A stretch of 64,000 nucleotides of DNA from an uncultured archaeon. GTDB taxonomy: Archaea; Asgardarchaeota; Thorarchaeia; Thorarchaeales; Thorarchaeaceae. Every line of letters starts with the position of its first letter. The stretch's first letter is position 1. The DNA is taken from the NCBI GenBank assembly GCA_964558645.1, contig CAZLEV010000006.1:96001-160000 (forward strand), given 5' to 3'. A program made the position numbers and the translations under genes. The notes beneath the pieces were generated by a model. That model saw only the letters and a list, made by a program, of their open reading frames with translations, was not told the DNA's origin and did not search any database. Positions 28,236 to 38,002 of the stretch are shown here, in pieces.

Positions 28236-29222
28236 CTACCCTGTCAGTGAAACGAGAACGTGGGTGAGAAGTGAGACCATACTGAACAAGATACTCACCG
28301 TCGAAGTCTTCAGAAGAAGTGTTGACAGGGGCTGGATTGATTCACCATCGAGGGAGCGGTCTTGCCAGCTCCAGTCCATGATTGCTCTCCAGCCTGCTGA
28401 GGCGATACCAAGCCAAAAGAGAGCTGTGAAGAGGGCCGTGTCGGGGAACTCTTGGAAAAGGCAGTACGGACAGTGATGACTTGGGAGACCAAGAACCAAC
28501 GGGGCGTAGGTATCATGGAGCACGAGGAGATAGACGAAACCTGCAGAGAGAGCCAGAAGAAGAGTTGGACCTAACCGTATCTTGGGTCTGAGATGACTCC
28601 ATTGAACAAGAATCAAGACGGTTGCCAAGGCAATAAGAAGTGCAAGGAGAAATATCCCGAATTCGGGGCCAAAGAGAGCGGAAGGGGAGAATGGTGGATC
28701 GACATCGTAGACGCTTCCACAGCACGGAGCAAAGACCGGCTTCACAGTCGCAACAAACAGGACGTCCACAGCAGCCTCGATGACAACCATGGGCAGGAGA
28801 ATCAGAAGGAACGAACGGGCCAAGTGTGTCATGAGAGGGAGTTCGGGATGGGTACGGTTCGCCAGTTCAAGCACAATCCAGGCACCGTAAGCAAAGGGTA
28901 GCACAATCTTCAGGGCCAAATCAATGAAAGAATACGGGTTGCCCACATTCATGACACCATATGCACACATCGCTCCGGGACAGAAGGGAACGATAGACTG
29001 AAGCATCCAGAAGAAGACAGGCACTATGAGAAGACGCCCGAGGAGAACAATGATGCCAATCATGGACAGGAGATAGTACTTCTGTTCAGAGGCCTCGTAC
29101 TCCTCCAAGTCGTCCCGTGAGTCCTCCATCATGTCCGACGCCACAAGGCCGCCATAGAGAGCCAATGCCAAGGAGAGAATGGCCACTACAAGGACTACGA
29201 TTGTGGTAACGGTGAATATCAT
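28236..29222 (-). CDS. Cys/His-rich polytopic membrane protein
   Basis: About 8 TM; loop motifs CPGAMCAYG, PCCGS, HHCPYC. Confidence 0.8.
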   Translation of the reverse strand: MIFTVTTIVVLVVAILSLALALYGGLVASDMMEDSRDDLEEYEASEQKYYLLSMIGIIVLLGRLLIVPVFFWMLQSIVPFCPGAMCAYGVMNVGNPYSFIDLALKIVLPFAYGAWIVLELANRTHPELPLMTHLARSFLLILLPMVVIEAAVDVLFVATVKPVFAPCCGSVYDVDPPFSPSALFGPEFGIFLLALLIALATVLILVQWSHLRPKIRLGPTLLLALSAGFVYLLVLHDTYAPLVLGLPSHHCPYCLFQEFPDTALFTALFWLGIASAGWRAIMDWSWQDRSLDGESIQPLSTLLLKTSTVSILFSMVSLLTHVLVSLTG

Positions 29223-29356
29223 GGACTATACCGGATTGTGAGGCAGAGAAAACGACCAATAAAGCGTTCCGCCTGTTCTAGCAGTCTTGAGAGCGGAGAT
29301 CTGTACGAACGGTTAATCAGGATTCTCCTCGAATGAAGACATGGTGATATTATACT

Positions 29357-29593
29357 ATGGCCTTTGCTGTTGCTGCAGCGACACATACCAGCTCCTATCG
29401 TGTGAAGTTCAAAAGAGAGGAGTTTATCAGACTCATAGATCGTGCCGAGCCAGAGAGGATCTACCAGACCGGGCGCATGCATTTCTTTGCATTCGATGGC
29501 TTTGTGATGTATACCTTCGAGTGTGAGGACGAGGACTTTCGGCAGGAAGTCTTCCACAGTATCGAGTTCTCGAACACTCAATGGTCCGAATAG
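29357..29593 (+). CDS. Small hypothetical protein
   Basis: 78 aa; GGTGAT RBS; protein-like composition. Confidence 0.55.
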   Translation: MAFAVAAATHTSSYRVKFKREEFIRLIDRAEPERIYQTGRMHFFAFDGFVMYTFECEDEDFRQEVFHSIEFSNTQWSE

Positions 29594-29653
29594 GCAGTCC
29601 TCTAACCGGGTATTATATCCGGAATGCGCTCATCATGTACTGGCGGGAATCCC

Positions 29654-30151
29654 ATGGCGGATGCAAGTACATCTGACGATGAAGAAGACTTTGGCGAAGC
29701 AGACCTGTTTGAGGCCATCTCTCACGAAACCAGAATTCGTGCCCTCTTTGCACTTCGAGATGAACCCCTTGGCTTTGCAGATCTCAAAAGGAAACTGGGC
29801 ATCTCAAGCAGCGGAAACCTGCAACACCACATCAGGAAGCTCGGAGGGGTCATTCATACAGATGAGACAGGGATGTACGCACTCACAGATCAGGGACGGG
29901 AGGCAATAATCGCGATACATGCAGTCAGGACTCTCGAGAATCGCAGGAAGTCGATTCTGCGCAGTATGACCGTGGTTGCAGTCTTTGCGTACTATGTTGT
30001 ACAGATGAACATACCATTTCTCTTCGGCACGGTGAACGCCATGACTCCTGTGCAAGCATTCTTGAGCTCTGCCGTCTTTGGGATCATATTCTATGTGCTA
30101 TGGAGAGCTTCATTGAAGCTGAATCCAGACCGGATTCCACCACAGAACTGA
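29654..30151 (+). CDS. ArsR-like winged-helix regulator with two C-terminal TM helices
   Basis: FEAISHETRIRAL...FADLKRKLGISSSGNLQHHIRKL...YALT..G, then hydrophobic C-terminus. Confidence 0.85.
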   Translation: MADASTSDDEEDFGEADLFEAISHETRIRALFALRDEPLGFADLKRKLGISSSGNLQHHIRKLGGVIHTDETGMYALTDQGREAIIAIHAVRTLENRRKSILRSMTVVAVFAYYVVQMNIPFLFGTVNAMTPVQAFLSSAVFGIIFYVLWRASLKLNPDRIPPQN

Positions 30152-30165
30152 TGTGAGGCCACGAG

Positions 30166-30594
30166 ATGTCCGATGAATTCAATATTTCAGAGGGGCTGAC
30201 ACACGAAGACTGGGAAAAAGTTCGAGCCCGCTTTGCAGCCTACAACGCCGAAAAGAGTGACGGACTATCAGGGGAGCCCGGCCTAGCTGTGCAGCTTGGC
30301 CTGAAGGATGAAGATGGAGAAATCAGAGGAGCGCTCGCAGGACGGGCGACGTACAGGAGTTTCTGGATTGACCTGCTCTGGATAGACGAGGGCTGCCGCG
30401 GAAGAGGGCATGGGACACGGCTTGTGCACGAGGCAGAGAAGATTGCCAAGGAACAGGGCTGTATATCTGTTCAGACCTCCACCTACTCGTTTCAGGCTCC
30501 CAAGTTCTACCGAGCCCTTGGCTACGAGGTCTTTGGGGAGTTCGATGACTATCCAGATGGCATCAGGAAGTACTTTCTCGGAAAGAAACTCTGA
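30166..30594 (+). CDS. GNAT family acetyltransferase
   Basis: IDLLWI....RGRGHG, TYSFQAPKFY..LGY. Confidence 0.93.
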   Translation: MSDEFNISEGLTHEDWEKVRARFAAYNAEKSDGLSGEPGLAVQLGLKDEDGEIRGALAGRATYRSFWIDLLWIDEGCRGRGHGTRLVHEAEKIAKEQGCISVQTSTYSFQAPKFYRALGYEVFGEFDDYPDGIRKYFLGKKL

Positions 30595-30651
30595 TACACC
30601 AGGTCCCGCAGTTCTTAAATGGAGAAATGACTGAGTTGAATCGGTGGTAGA

Positions 30652-30903
30652 ATGGCTGGAAGATGGTCTTTCGCAGTCAACGCACTTTCCTTTGCCATAG
30701 GATCTGCGCTTCTCATGATCTCTGTAGCAAGTGTCGTGCTTGGTGCTGCCTTCATAGTGGACCCGCCAAGTCACTTCAACTATTATTCCTACATGTATTG
30801 GACCACGATAAGTAGCGGTCTGGGAGCATTCCTCGGCACGCTGTTGATGTTTGTCGGGTGGAAGAGAGAGAAGGCAGAAACATTTGTAGGCACGGCTCAG
30901 TAG
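30652..30903 (+). CDS. Small membrane protein
   Basis: 83 aa with two TM helices. Confidence 0.6.
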   Translation: MAGRWSFAVNALSFAIGSALLMISVASVVLGAAFIVDPPSHFNYYSYMYWTTISSGLGAFLGTLLMFVGWKREKAETFVGTAQ

Positions 30904-30925
30904 TGAATGACGAACTAAGATGAAT

Positions 30926-31783
30926 TCAGACCTCGGAGTCCGAAACCGTATATTCGACGTTACCTTCTAAGGCGTATATCACTCCACAGTCCCACTGTCC
31001 GTAGGTCTCACCATTTCCCAAGGTCAGATTCCACGGCACATCGAACCACTCCCCTGTGTGGTTTGTGGCCGTCTGGAAGACACCGAGGGTGTAGTCCGTC
31101 CAATAGTAGCTGAACGATATCATGAAGTTGACCTCATGGCCCGCAATCATCAGAGCATCGCTTCGACTAATCGAGAGGGCAAGAAGAAGAGTAAACACAA
31201 CACTGGAGTCCTCGGGACCCAACCTGGTCAGGTCGAATGCAAGCTCGATGGTACAGAGATGCGTGAGAGAGTTGTTGGATGGCTGGGGCACGTTGTCTTC
31301 CAAGACTATGCCACTCACCTTACCGACATCGCCCTGAGCATCCCAGGTGACAGAGCTCTCAAGACCCGCGTGATACTTCACACTGTTCTCCCCATACTCT
31401 CCAGAAGTGCTGTTGACTGCAGGGGTGTAAGATACGTGGACCGAGTCCCCATCCCCCAGCTGGGTGAGTGATACCGCATCCATCCACGTGAAATCCGTGC
31501 TGCTGTCAGTTGCATCCATTGCGAAGACGTCGATACGGGCCTTTGAGGGAAGTGACATGGTCAGGCCTCTGCGATAACCGGCCACTGCCCCCATGATGAA
31601 CATCGGAAACACATGAGAGGTCTGGTCAACAGGATACCAGAACTCCTTCAGCGTCAGGAATGCCGCATCGCCGCTTCCGCCGTCGGGAAGCGGTGACAGT
31701 CGTGTCCCAAGCAGGACAAATGTGAAAAGAGGTGTGATCACAATCACGAGTAAGAGGACTGCCTTGATTTTGGTTCGTTGCAT
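30926..31783 (-). CDS. Membrane-anchored extracellular hypothetical protein
   Basis: MQRTKIK + TM, beta-rich domain with several N-X-S/T sequons. Confidence 0.7.
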   Translation of the reverse strand: MQRTKIKAVLLLVIVITPLFTFVLLGTRLSPLPDGGSGDAAFLTLKEFWYPVDQTSHVFPMFIMGAVAGYRRGLTMSLPSKARIDVFAMDATDSSTDFTWMDAVSLTQLGDGDSVHVSYTPAVNSTSGEYGENSVKYHAGLESSVTWDAQGDVGKVSGIVLEDNVPQPSNNSLTHLCTIELAFDLTRLGPEDSSVVFTLLLALSISRSDALMIAGHEVNFMISFSYYWTDYTLGVFQTATNHTGEWFDVPWNLTLGNGETYGQWDCGVIYALEGNVEYTVSDSEV

Positions 31784-31982
31784 TGCCCTTCGTATGTCAA
31801 TGTCCTCCTTCTGAATATCAGTCTTTCCAACGACTTGTCTTGATAGATGCGGATGATGAGCCAGAAGACCACAGTATAAGATGGTGGACTGAGAGGGGTT
31901 AGAAGAATCAATGTTCAACTCAGTACTATGAAACCATTGCCACGATAAACACCTGCACCCGTAGGTGAAGAGTATTCTTGTT

Positions 31983-32858
31983 TCATTCCAAGTTCTCGAT
32001 GATCCTCTTGTACTTGGAGAAGGCTTCCTCTGCCTCGGCATCTCTTCCAAGGTGCGAGAGAGCTGCAGCAAGTAAGGCGTAGGCCATTGGATCCGCGTAT
32101 CCCTCCTCGATGCTCGCCCTGAACGCTCTCGCACACTCCCCCCACTCCCTAAACATGAGGAACAACTCTCCCCAATGGAACCAGGTCTTTCCGTATCGGA
32201 CTTCTAGGGAGAGGGACTTGTTGAGGTTCTCCATTGCATCTCTTATGGTATCCCGTTCATCCACCTCTGGGTCTTCCGTCTTGACTCGCTCAATCAGTGC
32301 TTCGGCCAGTCCTGTGTGGGCCTTGTAGTCGTACGGGTCGGTATCGATAGCCCGCCTCAGATACATCTCAGCATCCTCCGGCCTGTCCAGAGAGAGAAGA
32401 TGCGCTCCATACTCCCGCAGAACCTCAGCGTCGTCAGGAGTCAGTTGTACAGCCCGATAGAAGGCACGCTCGGCCTTCTCCGGTCTCCCCAATCTGGTCA
32501 GGGTGAGAGCGAGATATAGATGCGATTGTGCATCATCTGGTATCAGTCCCGTTGCCGTCGCCAAGGCCTTCAAGGCAGGCTCGTAGCGCTCTTGGAGATA
32601 GAGGATTCTCCCAAGGCTCCACCAGGCAACACCGAGAGAACAGTCGATCTCCACCGCCTTCCGCGCCAGCTGTTCAGCCTCCTGATAGTCTCCCAGATCT
32701 GTAAATACCAGGGACATGTTGTGATATGCCTCGGTGGCGCCGGGGGCCAGCTCGATGGACCTACGGAGAGCCTGGATGCAGCCATCGGTATCACCCAGAA
32801 GAAGGCAGCACTCAGCAATGTCGTTCCAGACCACCGGGTCAGGCTCTGTCAGGTCCAT
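31983..32858 (-). CDS. Tetratricopeptide repeat protein
   Basis: Repeated W..LG......G.Y..A...L..A....P pattern. Confidence 0.9.
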   Translation of the reverse strand: MDLTEPDPVVWNDIAECCLLLGDTDGCIQALRRSIELAPGATEAYHNMSLVFTDLGDYQEAEQLARKAVEIDCSLGVAWWSLGRILYLQERYEPALKALATATGLIPDDAQSHLYLALTLTRLGRPEKAERAFYRAVQLTPDDAEVLREYGAHLLSLDRPEDAEMYLRRAIDTDPYDYKAHTGLAEALIERVKTEDPEVDERDTIRDAMENLNKSLSLEVRYGKTWFHWGELFLMFREWGECARAFRASIEEGYADPMAYALLAAALSHLGRDAEAEEAFSKYKRIIENLE

Positions 32859-32950
32859 GAGGGAACAGGGAGTCTAACTTCTTCCGAAGAATCTCGAAAT
32901 GCTTCTGCTTGTAGTTGCTCGGATCTGTCAAGATACCCCTCAATTGTGAG

Positions 32951-33065
32951 TATCAACCGCGAACTATCGTGATACTGCTATGGATTCTGAAAGAGAGTAT
33001 TCCGAAACTTCTATAACCAGAAAGCCAGCAGAAACGACCCAGTTGGCTAGGTGATGTAGAAGCGC
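32951..33065 (+). repeat. Degenerate inverted copy of the tRNA-Lys upstream/promoter region and 5' end
   Basis: 32994-33023 AGAGTATTCCGAAACTTCTATAACCAGAAA vs minus strand 40381-40352 AGAGCATTCCGAAACCTCTATAACCAAAAA (27/30); weaker similarity on both sides. Confidence 0.75.
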
Positions 33066-33127
33066 TGTCTTGCCAAGTCGCCGGAAGTTGCGATGGTTTC
33101 TGCTTCTCAGATAGTTGTTTCAGTCAA

Positions 33128-36100
33128 CTAGTTTCCATTAAATCCCTCAGAAACGAGTAGGTCTACAAGCCGTCCAGTCCGGAGTGCTGCAGGCAGTCGT
33201 ATATCCTCAATTGAACTCACATCAAGTCTAACTGAATGTATCAATCCACTCGATACATCTATGAACTGTTCCACCTCTGCAAGCAAGGCCACATCATAAA
33301 TGTTCATTCTTTCCTCCTCGAGCTTCTTCAGTTGTGAATTCTCGGACAAGCCATCTAACTTGACAGTAAGCACAGGATGTCGGAGTCGGTGCATCGCCAT
33401 GATTTTCTCATCATAACGAATATACATGGTCACCGGAGGGGACATTTGCGCAGAGAGAAGCTGTTCTACATTCTTCGGATAGACATAGCTCTCCAAGAAA
33501 TGCCTGCGATGCACCAGCGGTTTTAGAAATGATAGGCTGAACCACTCCTCCTCTTTTCCGCCATATCCATACTCAATATCAGTGAGATGATCCCACGTCA
33601 AGATTGCGCCCTCTTCAGTAGTGACACTGCGCCCATCGAGGGCAGTTGACCGAAGAAAGGCCACAACCTCCGCGGTTCGGGGAGTTCGGAACTCGTACTG
33701 CGGCTCCCGCGATGACCTGCACGTGACAACGTAGGTTTCTTGACTCAAATCCACGGTCACCTCACATGTGACAGACATCACTCTATGCTGTTGTTCTGCA
33801 ATCCTCTCCAGCACCGGATGAAATCTCTCAAGACTGTGTGTGGGTGCTCCAATGGGGCACTCTTCCAGATTGAGAGCCGTTTTCATAGAGAGAGGGGAGA
33901 GTCGAACCCACAAGAGAGAGGTGACCCCCTTTGAATCTTGGTGGCTTCCGTAGTCTAGTCTGCCAACGAGCCCCCATTCATCGTTATCATGACTCCATTC
34001 CCATAGAATCTCTTGGCCGCCTACATTGGTCACGGCCAGTGACTCTTCAATCCAAAGGCAAGACGCATCAAGCAGCTCTTGTGCACCGTCACTGAGTTCT
34101 GCTGGATTGCTCGAACACCACTGGAATCCCAAACGTAGCCTCTCCTGTTTTTCTCTCATAAGACCACAGACAGCTTGACCGTCTGGGCGTTCGAAGAGGA
34201 ACCATAGATGGTATTCATCACCCACTAGAAGCCCTGGCCTATAAATGGCAGGCAGGGAAGATATCTCGCTAACACGGTCGTCCACTTCGGTTTCTCTGGT
34301 TGTGAGGTATTCTGCACGCGAGAGGAGATTTGCGAAGATTGTCTGAAAGTCGTACACTGACTGGATTCTCTCCTGAGATGCCTGAACCGGGGCGAATCCC
34401 ATCTGATACGGTAGCCATTCAACCACAGATTCCCAGAGGGGAATCGCAGCCGAGTGCCCCTCATCCCGAACCGTCTTGGCCAGTGCAGCCATGATTCCCA
34501 AGAGGAGATTATTCCCATAAAGAGCAAGGGCATCCGGATTCTCACGGCGAATATCGGCAAGGAGCAGACGATTCTCCGCACTGAGAGTCTCACCTACCAG
34601 CTCACGATACGGCTCAATCAGTTGCCAGGCTCGTGCACGACTGGGGTGACGGATGAGGAGGTCTCTGACTTGGAGAAGTACACCAACGTAATTACCGGGC
34701 TCATCGGAGTTGCTCAGGGCACCCTCGCACAGTGAATGCACCTGTCTACACAGAACATACATGTCATCGTGTGCAGGGAACTGGCATTTCAGGAACCTTG
34801 CCGCATCTCGTAGCCGTCTAATCTCTCTCCTCCGTGCAGTCGGACTATCCAGAAAGATCAGCTCGGTCTTCCCGTAGAGGGGAGGTTTTCGCGTGTAGTG
34901 CTTCTCAGCTTCAGTTTCTCTCTGTGTCTTATGATGCCAGTGGCGTGGGATGCCCACAGGACCTGCATACATCTTCGCTTCAGTTGCTCGTTTCGGAATT
35001 GGGGGAGGGTGAATGGGACAGAGATGAAGTCGTTCTCTTAGAGGAGGGCTCTCCGTCTTCCTTACCAAGTGGCTAGAGATGGAATACGGTGTGCTTTGCG
35101 GTTCAGCCACCGCTACACTCATTGATCCGTTCCTAGATCGAAGAAGAGTCGGCGAAACAGTCATTGCCTCAGCCTGGAGATCTTGGACTGCGTGTTCAGT
35201 GAGGTAGGAGATTGTGCTCTGGATGTTTCCCAGTATCACATCTCGTCCGTGCATTGATTGCGAAGTGACCATCTCTTCCATGATATCTTCCTCGGCGACT
35301 ATCTTATCGCGCTTCGAACCACCCCTAAACTTTCGCGCCCACTTCCTTAGGACGGGCACCTCAATCATAGTGCTCCAAGGAGGGGCGCTCGTCGGTGTGT
35401 CCTGTACGATTATTCGTTTCTCATCGGCATAGGGAGTCTGCCAGCCGAACACTCTGGGAGCAGTGGGTATATTCCAGATGACTTCATCCAGCTGGAAACG
35501 CCTGGGAGAGTCATGGGGCAGAACATCAAGACACGGTCGTTGGTACGTTTCATTCATTCTTGTGGCTTTCACGCCACTATCCACCCAGATGATATTGACG
35601 TTGTTGTCAGGGAGCGTGTCAAGAATGGAACATTCGAGCGCCAAGAGTCGTTCCTTCTGCGAGGTAGGAGTCATCTGATTCAGGTCCGCCCAGCCATCTA
35701 CGATGATGACACGCTCCGTTTCTTCCAACCCAGAGATGGCAGTGAGGCTCTGAATTGTGTTTGATTCGCCTTTGAGAAACGACTCGATGTCACCGCTCAG
35801 GTCCATGAATATGATATTCTCAAGCAAATCCGAAGACTTGTCGTCCAGTCCCAAACGCCGGGTGCGCAGCCTCTCAGGAAGACTCCCCAATAGGTCAAGC
35901 CAATAGACTGAGGGAGACGACGAGGAGTGTCTCACGACTTCATCAATGTGATGTAAGAGGTGCCAGTTCTTGGCGTGCCATGCAGCAGCATTTCCTCCAG
36001 AGGTGGGCGAGGGCACAGAGATATACTGGGTGAGGATGCGTTCGTCAGCATTCCGATTCTCAAAGGGATTGTCTACCTTGATGTTGTCTGCTATGGCCGC

Positions 36101-37813
36101 CTCTCGCATCGCACCTACGGGTCCCGAACAGGGAGCCATGAGGAGAGCTATTCGGCCACCTCCTGTCGATCTATTGAACCTGTGGGAGGTCCATCCCTTT
36201 GTAGAAACGAAGTCTGCAGGATTTGCCTGTAGGCTGGAGAGCATTCCTTCAAGAGCATCTAATATCGACTCGTAGCTCTCAGCCGTATCCAAAATGACGA
36301 CGCCCTTCCATAGCTCGCGCGGAGCAAATGTGTCCTGAGGCACTAGTTGTCTGTACTCACGAACCAGTGTCTTCTCATAGAGAGCTAGCTGGTCACGTGT
36401 CCGTTTGATGGGGAGAGAGGTCGATATGGTTGACCATTCCTGAGGCATCAGCCGCGTCTTCCAACAATGCAATACCGGGGCAGAGTGGTCTTTCTTCGTC
36501 CGTGGTCGCATCCAATAAAGATTGTAATCGAAGGCAGTCTTCGTCTTGAGTTCAAGGATCATCACAGGAGTCCAAACAATACGCAGTCCAACACTCCGTC
36601 GAACAAAGAGCACCAGGTCCGCCTTGCCATGACCTCTGTTTGAACGGATGGGCACCTCAGCAAGGAACTGTCTGTCTGTGGGACACTCCAGCATCGAGTC
36701 CCCGGCAAACAGCACCGACTTCAGAGATCGTGGATGATGGAAGACCGAGAGGAGTACCCTGTGCCAGTCATTGCCCTCGCGCTGGCTGATGGCCGAAACC
36801 TGCTCTCGGAGTCTCATCAAGTCTGGCTCCGTGATGTACTCCGAGCCGATGTAAGCGAGGATCCTGTCACAAGCATCCCGGACCTCTTTCGATGTCGAAC
36901 TACTGCGAAGTGACTGTGTCTTAGACTTGAGGAACTCTACCGTAAGGGGGGCCGTGTCCTCCCACTCAAGTTGGTCAGAAAGACGCTCTCGTCTACCAGC
37001 GCGACGCCCATACACGGCCCGTATCTCCAGAACGATATCTCTCAGTTCTCTGTCCGCTTCGGGGTAGAAGTCCTTTCGTCCTGTCATTCCCTCAGAATAG
37101 AACCAGTCAAGGAATGGCTTGAGTCTGTGGATAAGGAGGCGGATGTATCGATGTGCCTCGTTTCGCGGAACGTTGTAGATGAAGAGCTGCCGACAGAGCT
37201 CCTGTACGTGTCCGCGGATCATGTCTACAAAATCGAGTTCTGGAAGTGTGGGGTGTGAGAGCAAGAAACGTGGGCTCTTGGAGTCACCAGGATAGCCTGC
37301 TCGCCAATACTCCCTCACGGCATCGTCAGGAGTGTCTTCTGATACAACTGAACGAGGAACGAATGTCTTGCGCCCATCGGCATACTGCAAAAACAGGTAG
37401 TACTGCGGTTCGGGAAAGGGGTAGTGAGTTGTAGCGAGATCTCGGAGACGAGCTCCCGCATAGTTCAGTAGACTATTCAGCGGACCCACACTTCCCTCCC
37501 GCCAGCTGTATACCCGTTTGAACTCTCGATTGCCGTACCGTTTCGTGCTGTGCCAGATGATGTCCAGCCACCTCTGACGCAAGAGATGCTCGATATTCTG
37601 GACAGAAGAGAAGTCATGGGGGCTCAAGACCTGATTCTCTTTCAGCTCCTTCTTCGCACTAGTCCAGACCTTAGTCATGGAGTTGACATACTTCTGGGTC
37701 TGGGAGCTACCTCGGGCCTGCGCTAGTCTGACTAAGGCAGCAAGCCCGGTCATGACTGATTGGGCCAGAATCTGGCTTGGTTTCCCTGAACTCCCTAGAC
37801 GCGACACTTCCAT
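33128..37813 (-). CDS. Large hypothetical protein with PD-(D/E)XK nuclease-like domain and possible degenerate P-loop-like domain
   Basis: AEVPI..GKADLVLF..ILELKT..DQLALYE; later VYWLD and RVIIVDGW without a canonical Walker A. Confidence 0.65.
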   Translation of the reverse strand: MEVSRLGSSGKPSQILAQSVMTGLAALVRLAQARGSSQTQKYVNSMTKVWTSAKKELKENQVLSPHDFSSVQNIEHLLRQRWLDIIWHSTKRYGNREFKRVYSWREGSVGPLNSLLNYAGARLRDLATTHYPFPEPQYYLFLQYADGRKTFVPRSVVSEDTPDDAVREYWRAGYPGDSKSPRFLLSHPTLPELDFVDMIRGHVQELCRQLFIYNVPRNEAHRYIRLLIHRLKPFLDWFYSEGMTGRKDFYPEADRELRDIVLEIRAVYGRRAGRRERLSDQLEWEDTAPLTVEFLKSKTQSLRSSSTSKEVRDACDRILAYIGSEYITEPDLMRLREQVSAISQREGNDWHRVLLSVFHHPRSLKSVLFAGDSMLECPTDRQFLAEVPIRSNRGHGKADLVLFVRRSVGLRIVWTPVMILELKTKTAFDYNLYWMRPRTKKDHSAPVLHCWKTRLMPQEWSTISTSLPIKRTRDQLALYEKTLVREYRQLVPQDTFAPRELWKGVVILDTAESYESILDALEGMLSSLQANPADFVSTKGWTSHRFNRSTGGGRIALLMAPCSGPVGAMREAAIADNIKVDNPFENRNADERILTQYISVPSPTSGGNAAAWHAKNWHLLHHIDEVVRHSSSSPSVYWLDLLGSLPERLRTRRLGLDDKSSDLLENIIFMDLSGDIESFLKGESNTIQSLTAISGLEETERVIIVDGWADLNQMTPTSQKERLLALECSILDTLPDNNVNIIWVDSGVKATRMNETYQRPCLDVLPHDSPRRFQLDEVIWNIPTAPRVFGWQTPYADEKRIIVQDTPTSAPPWSTMIEVPVLRKWARKFRGGSKRDKIVAEEDIMEEMVTSQSMHGRDVILGNIQSTISYLTEHAVQDLQAEAMTVSPTLLRSRNGSMSVAVAEPQSTPYSISSHLVRKTESPPLRERLHLCPIHPPPIPKRATEAKMYAGPVGIPRHWHHKTQRETEAEKHYTRKPPLYGKTELIFLDSPTARRREIRRLRDAARFLKCQFPAHDDMYVLCRQVHSLCEGALSNSDEPGNYVGVLLQVRDLLIRHPSRARAWQLIEPYRELVGETLSAENRLLLADIRRENPDALALYGNNLLLGIMAALAKTVRDEGHSAAIPLWESVVEWLPYQMGFAPVQASQERIQSVYDFQTIFANLLSRAEYLTTRETEVDDRVSEISSLPAIYRPGLLVGDEYHLWFLFERPDGQAVCGLMREKQERLRLGFQWCSSNPAELSDGAQELLDASCLWIEESLAVTNVGGQEILWEWSHDNDEWGLVGRLDYGSHQDSKGVTSLLWVRLSPLSMKTALNLEECPIGAPTHSLERFHPVLERIAEQQHRVMSVTCEVTVDLSQETYVVTCRSSREPQYEFRTPRTAEVVAFLRSTALDGRSVTTEEGAILTWDHLTDIEYGYGGKEEEWFSLSFLKPLVHRRHFLESYVYPKNVEQLLSAQMSPPVTMYIRYDEKIMAMHRLRHPVLTVKLDGLSENSQLKKLEEERMNIYDVALLAEVEQFIDVSSGLIHSVRLDVSSIEDIRLPAALRTGRLVDLLVSEGFNGN

Positions 37814-38002
37814 CCATTGGTGATGATTATTTATATAGATATTCTAGACTATCTGTAAGAAATTAAATTCTCTCATAATCCTTTATTCTGGGTAAAAACG
37901 CCTAATAATCCTTCTAGACCGATAAGAAGCAATCTTGCTTGGTAGCTTTATAACGGTTTATGAGATTATAACTTCTGAGCCACACAAGAGAGAGGTGTAC
38001 TG
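37814..38002. promoter_or_regulatory. AT-rich divergent control region between the large nuclease-like gene and tnpB
   Basis: Markedly AT-rich; TTTATATA/TTTATAA boxes; short direct and inverted repeats. Confidence 0.55.

Noticed and set aside
20756-29222. Selenocysteine recoding in prx or the Cys-rich cluster
   Set aside because: Active-site residues are ordinary Cys; I saw no in-frame TGA with downstream homology and no convincing SECIS
29641-29647. TGGCGGG as a possible attL copy of the tRNA-Lys 3' end
   Set aside because: Seven nt is far too short and the match does not extend
31852-31891. ATGATGA...CTGA, possible C/D box sRNA
   Set aside because: Box spacing is too short for a two-guide sRNA, with no clear C'/D' boxes or terminal stem
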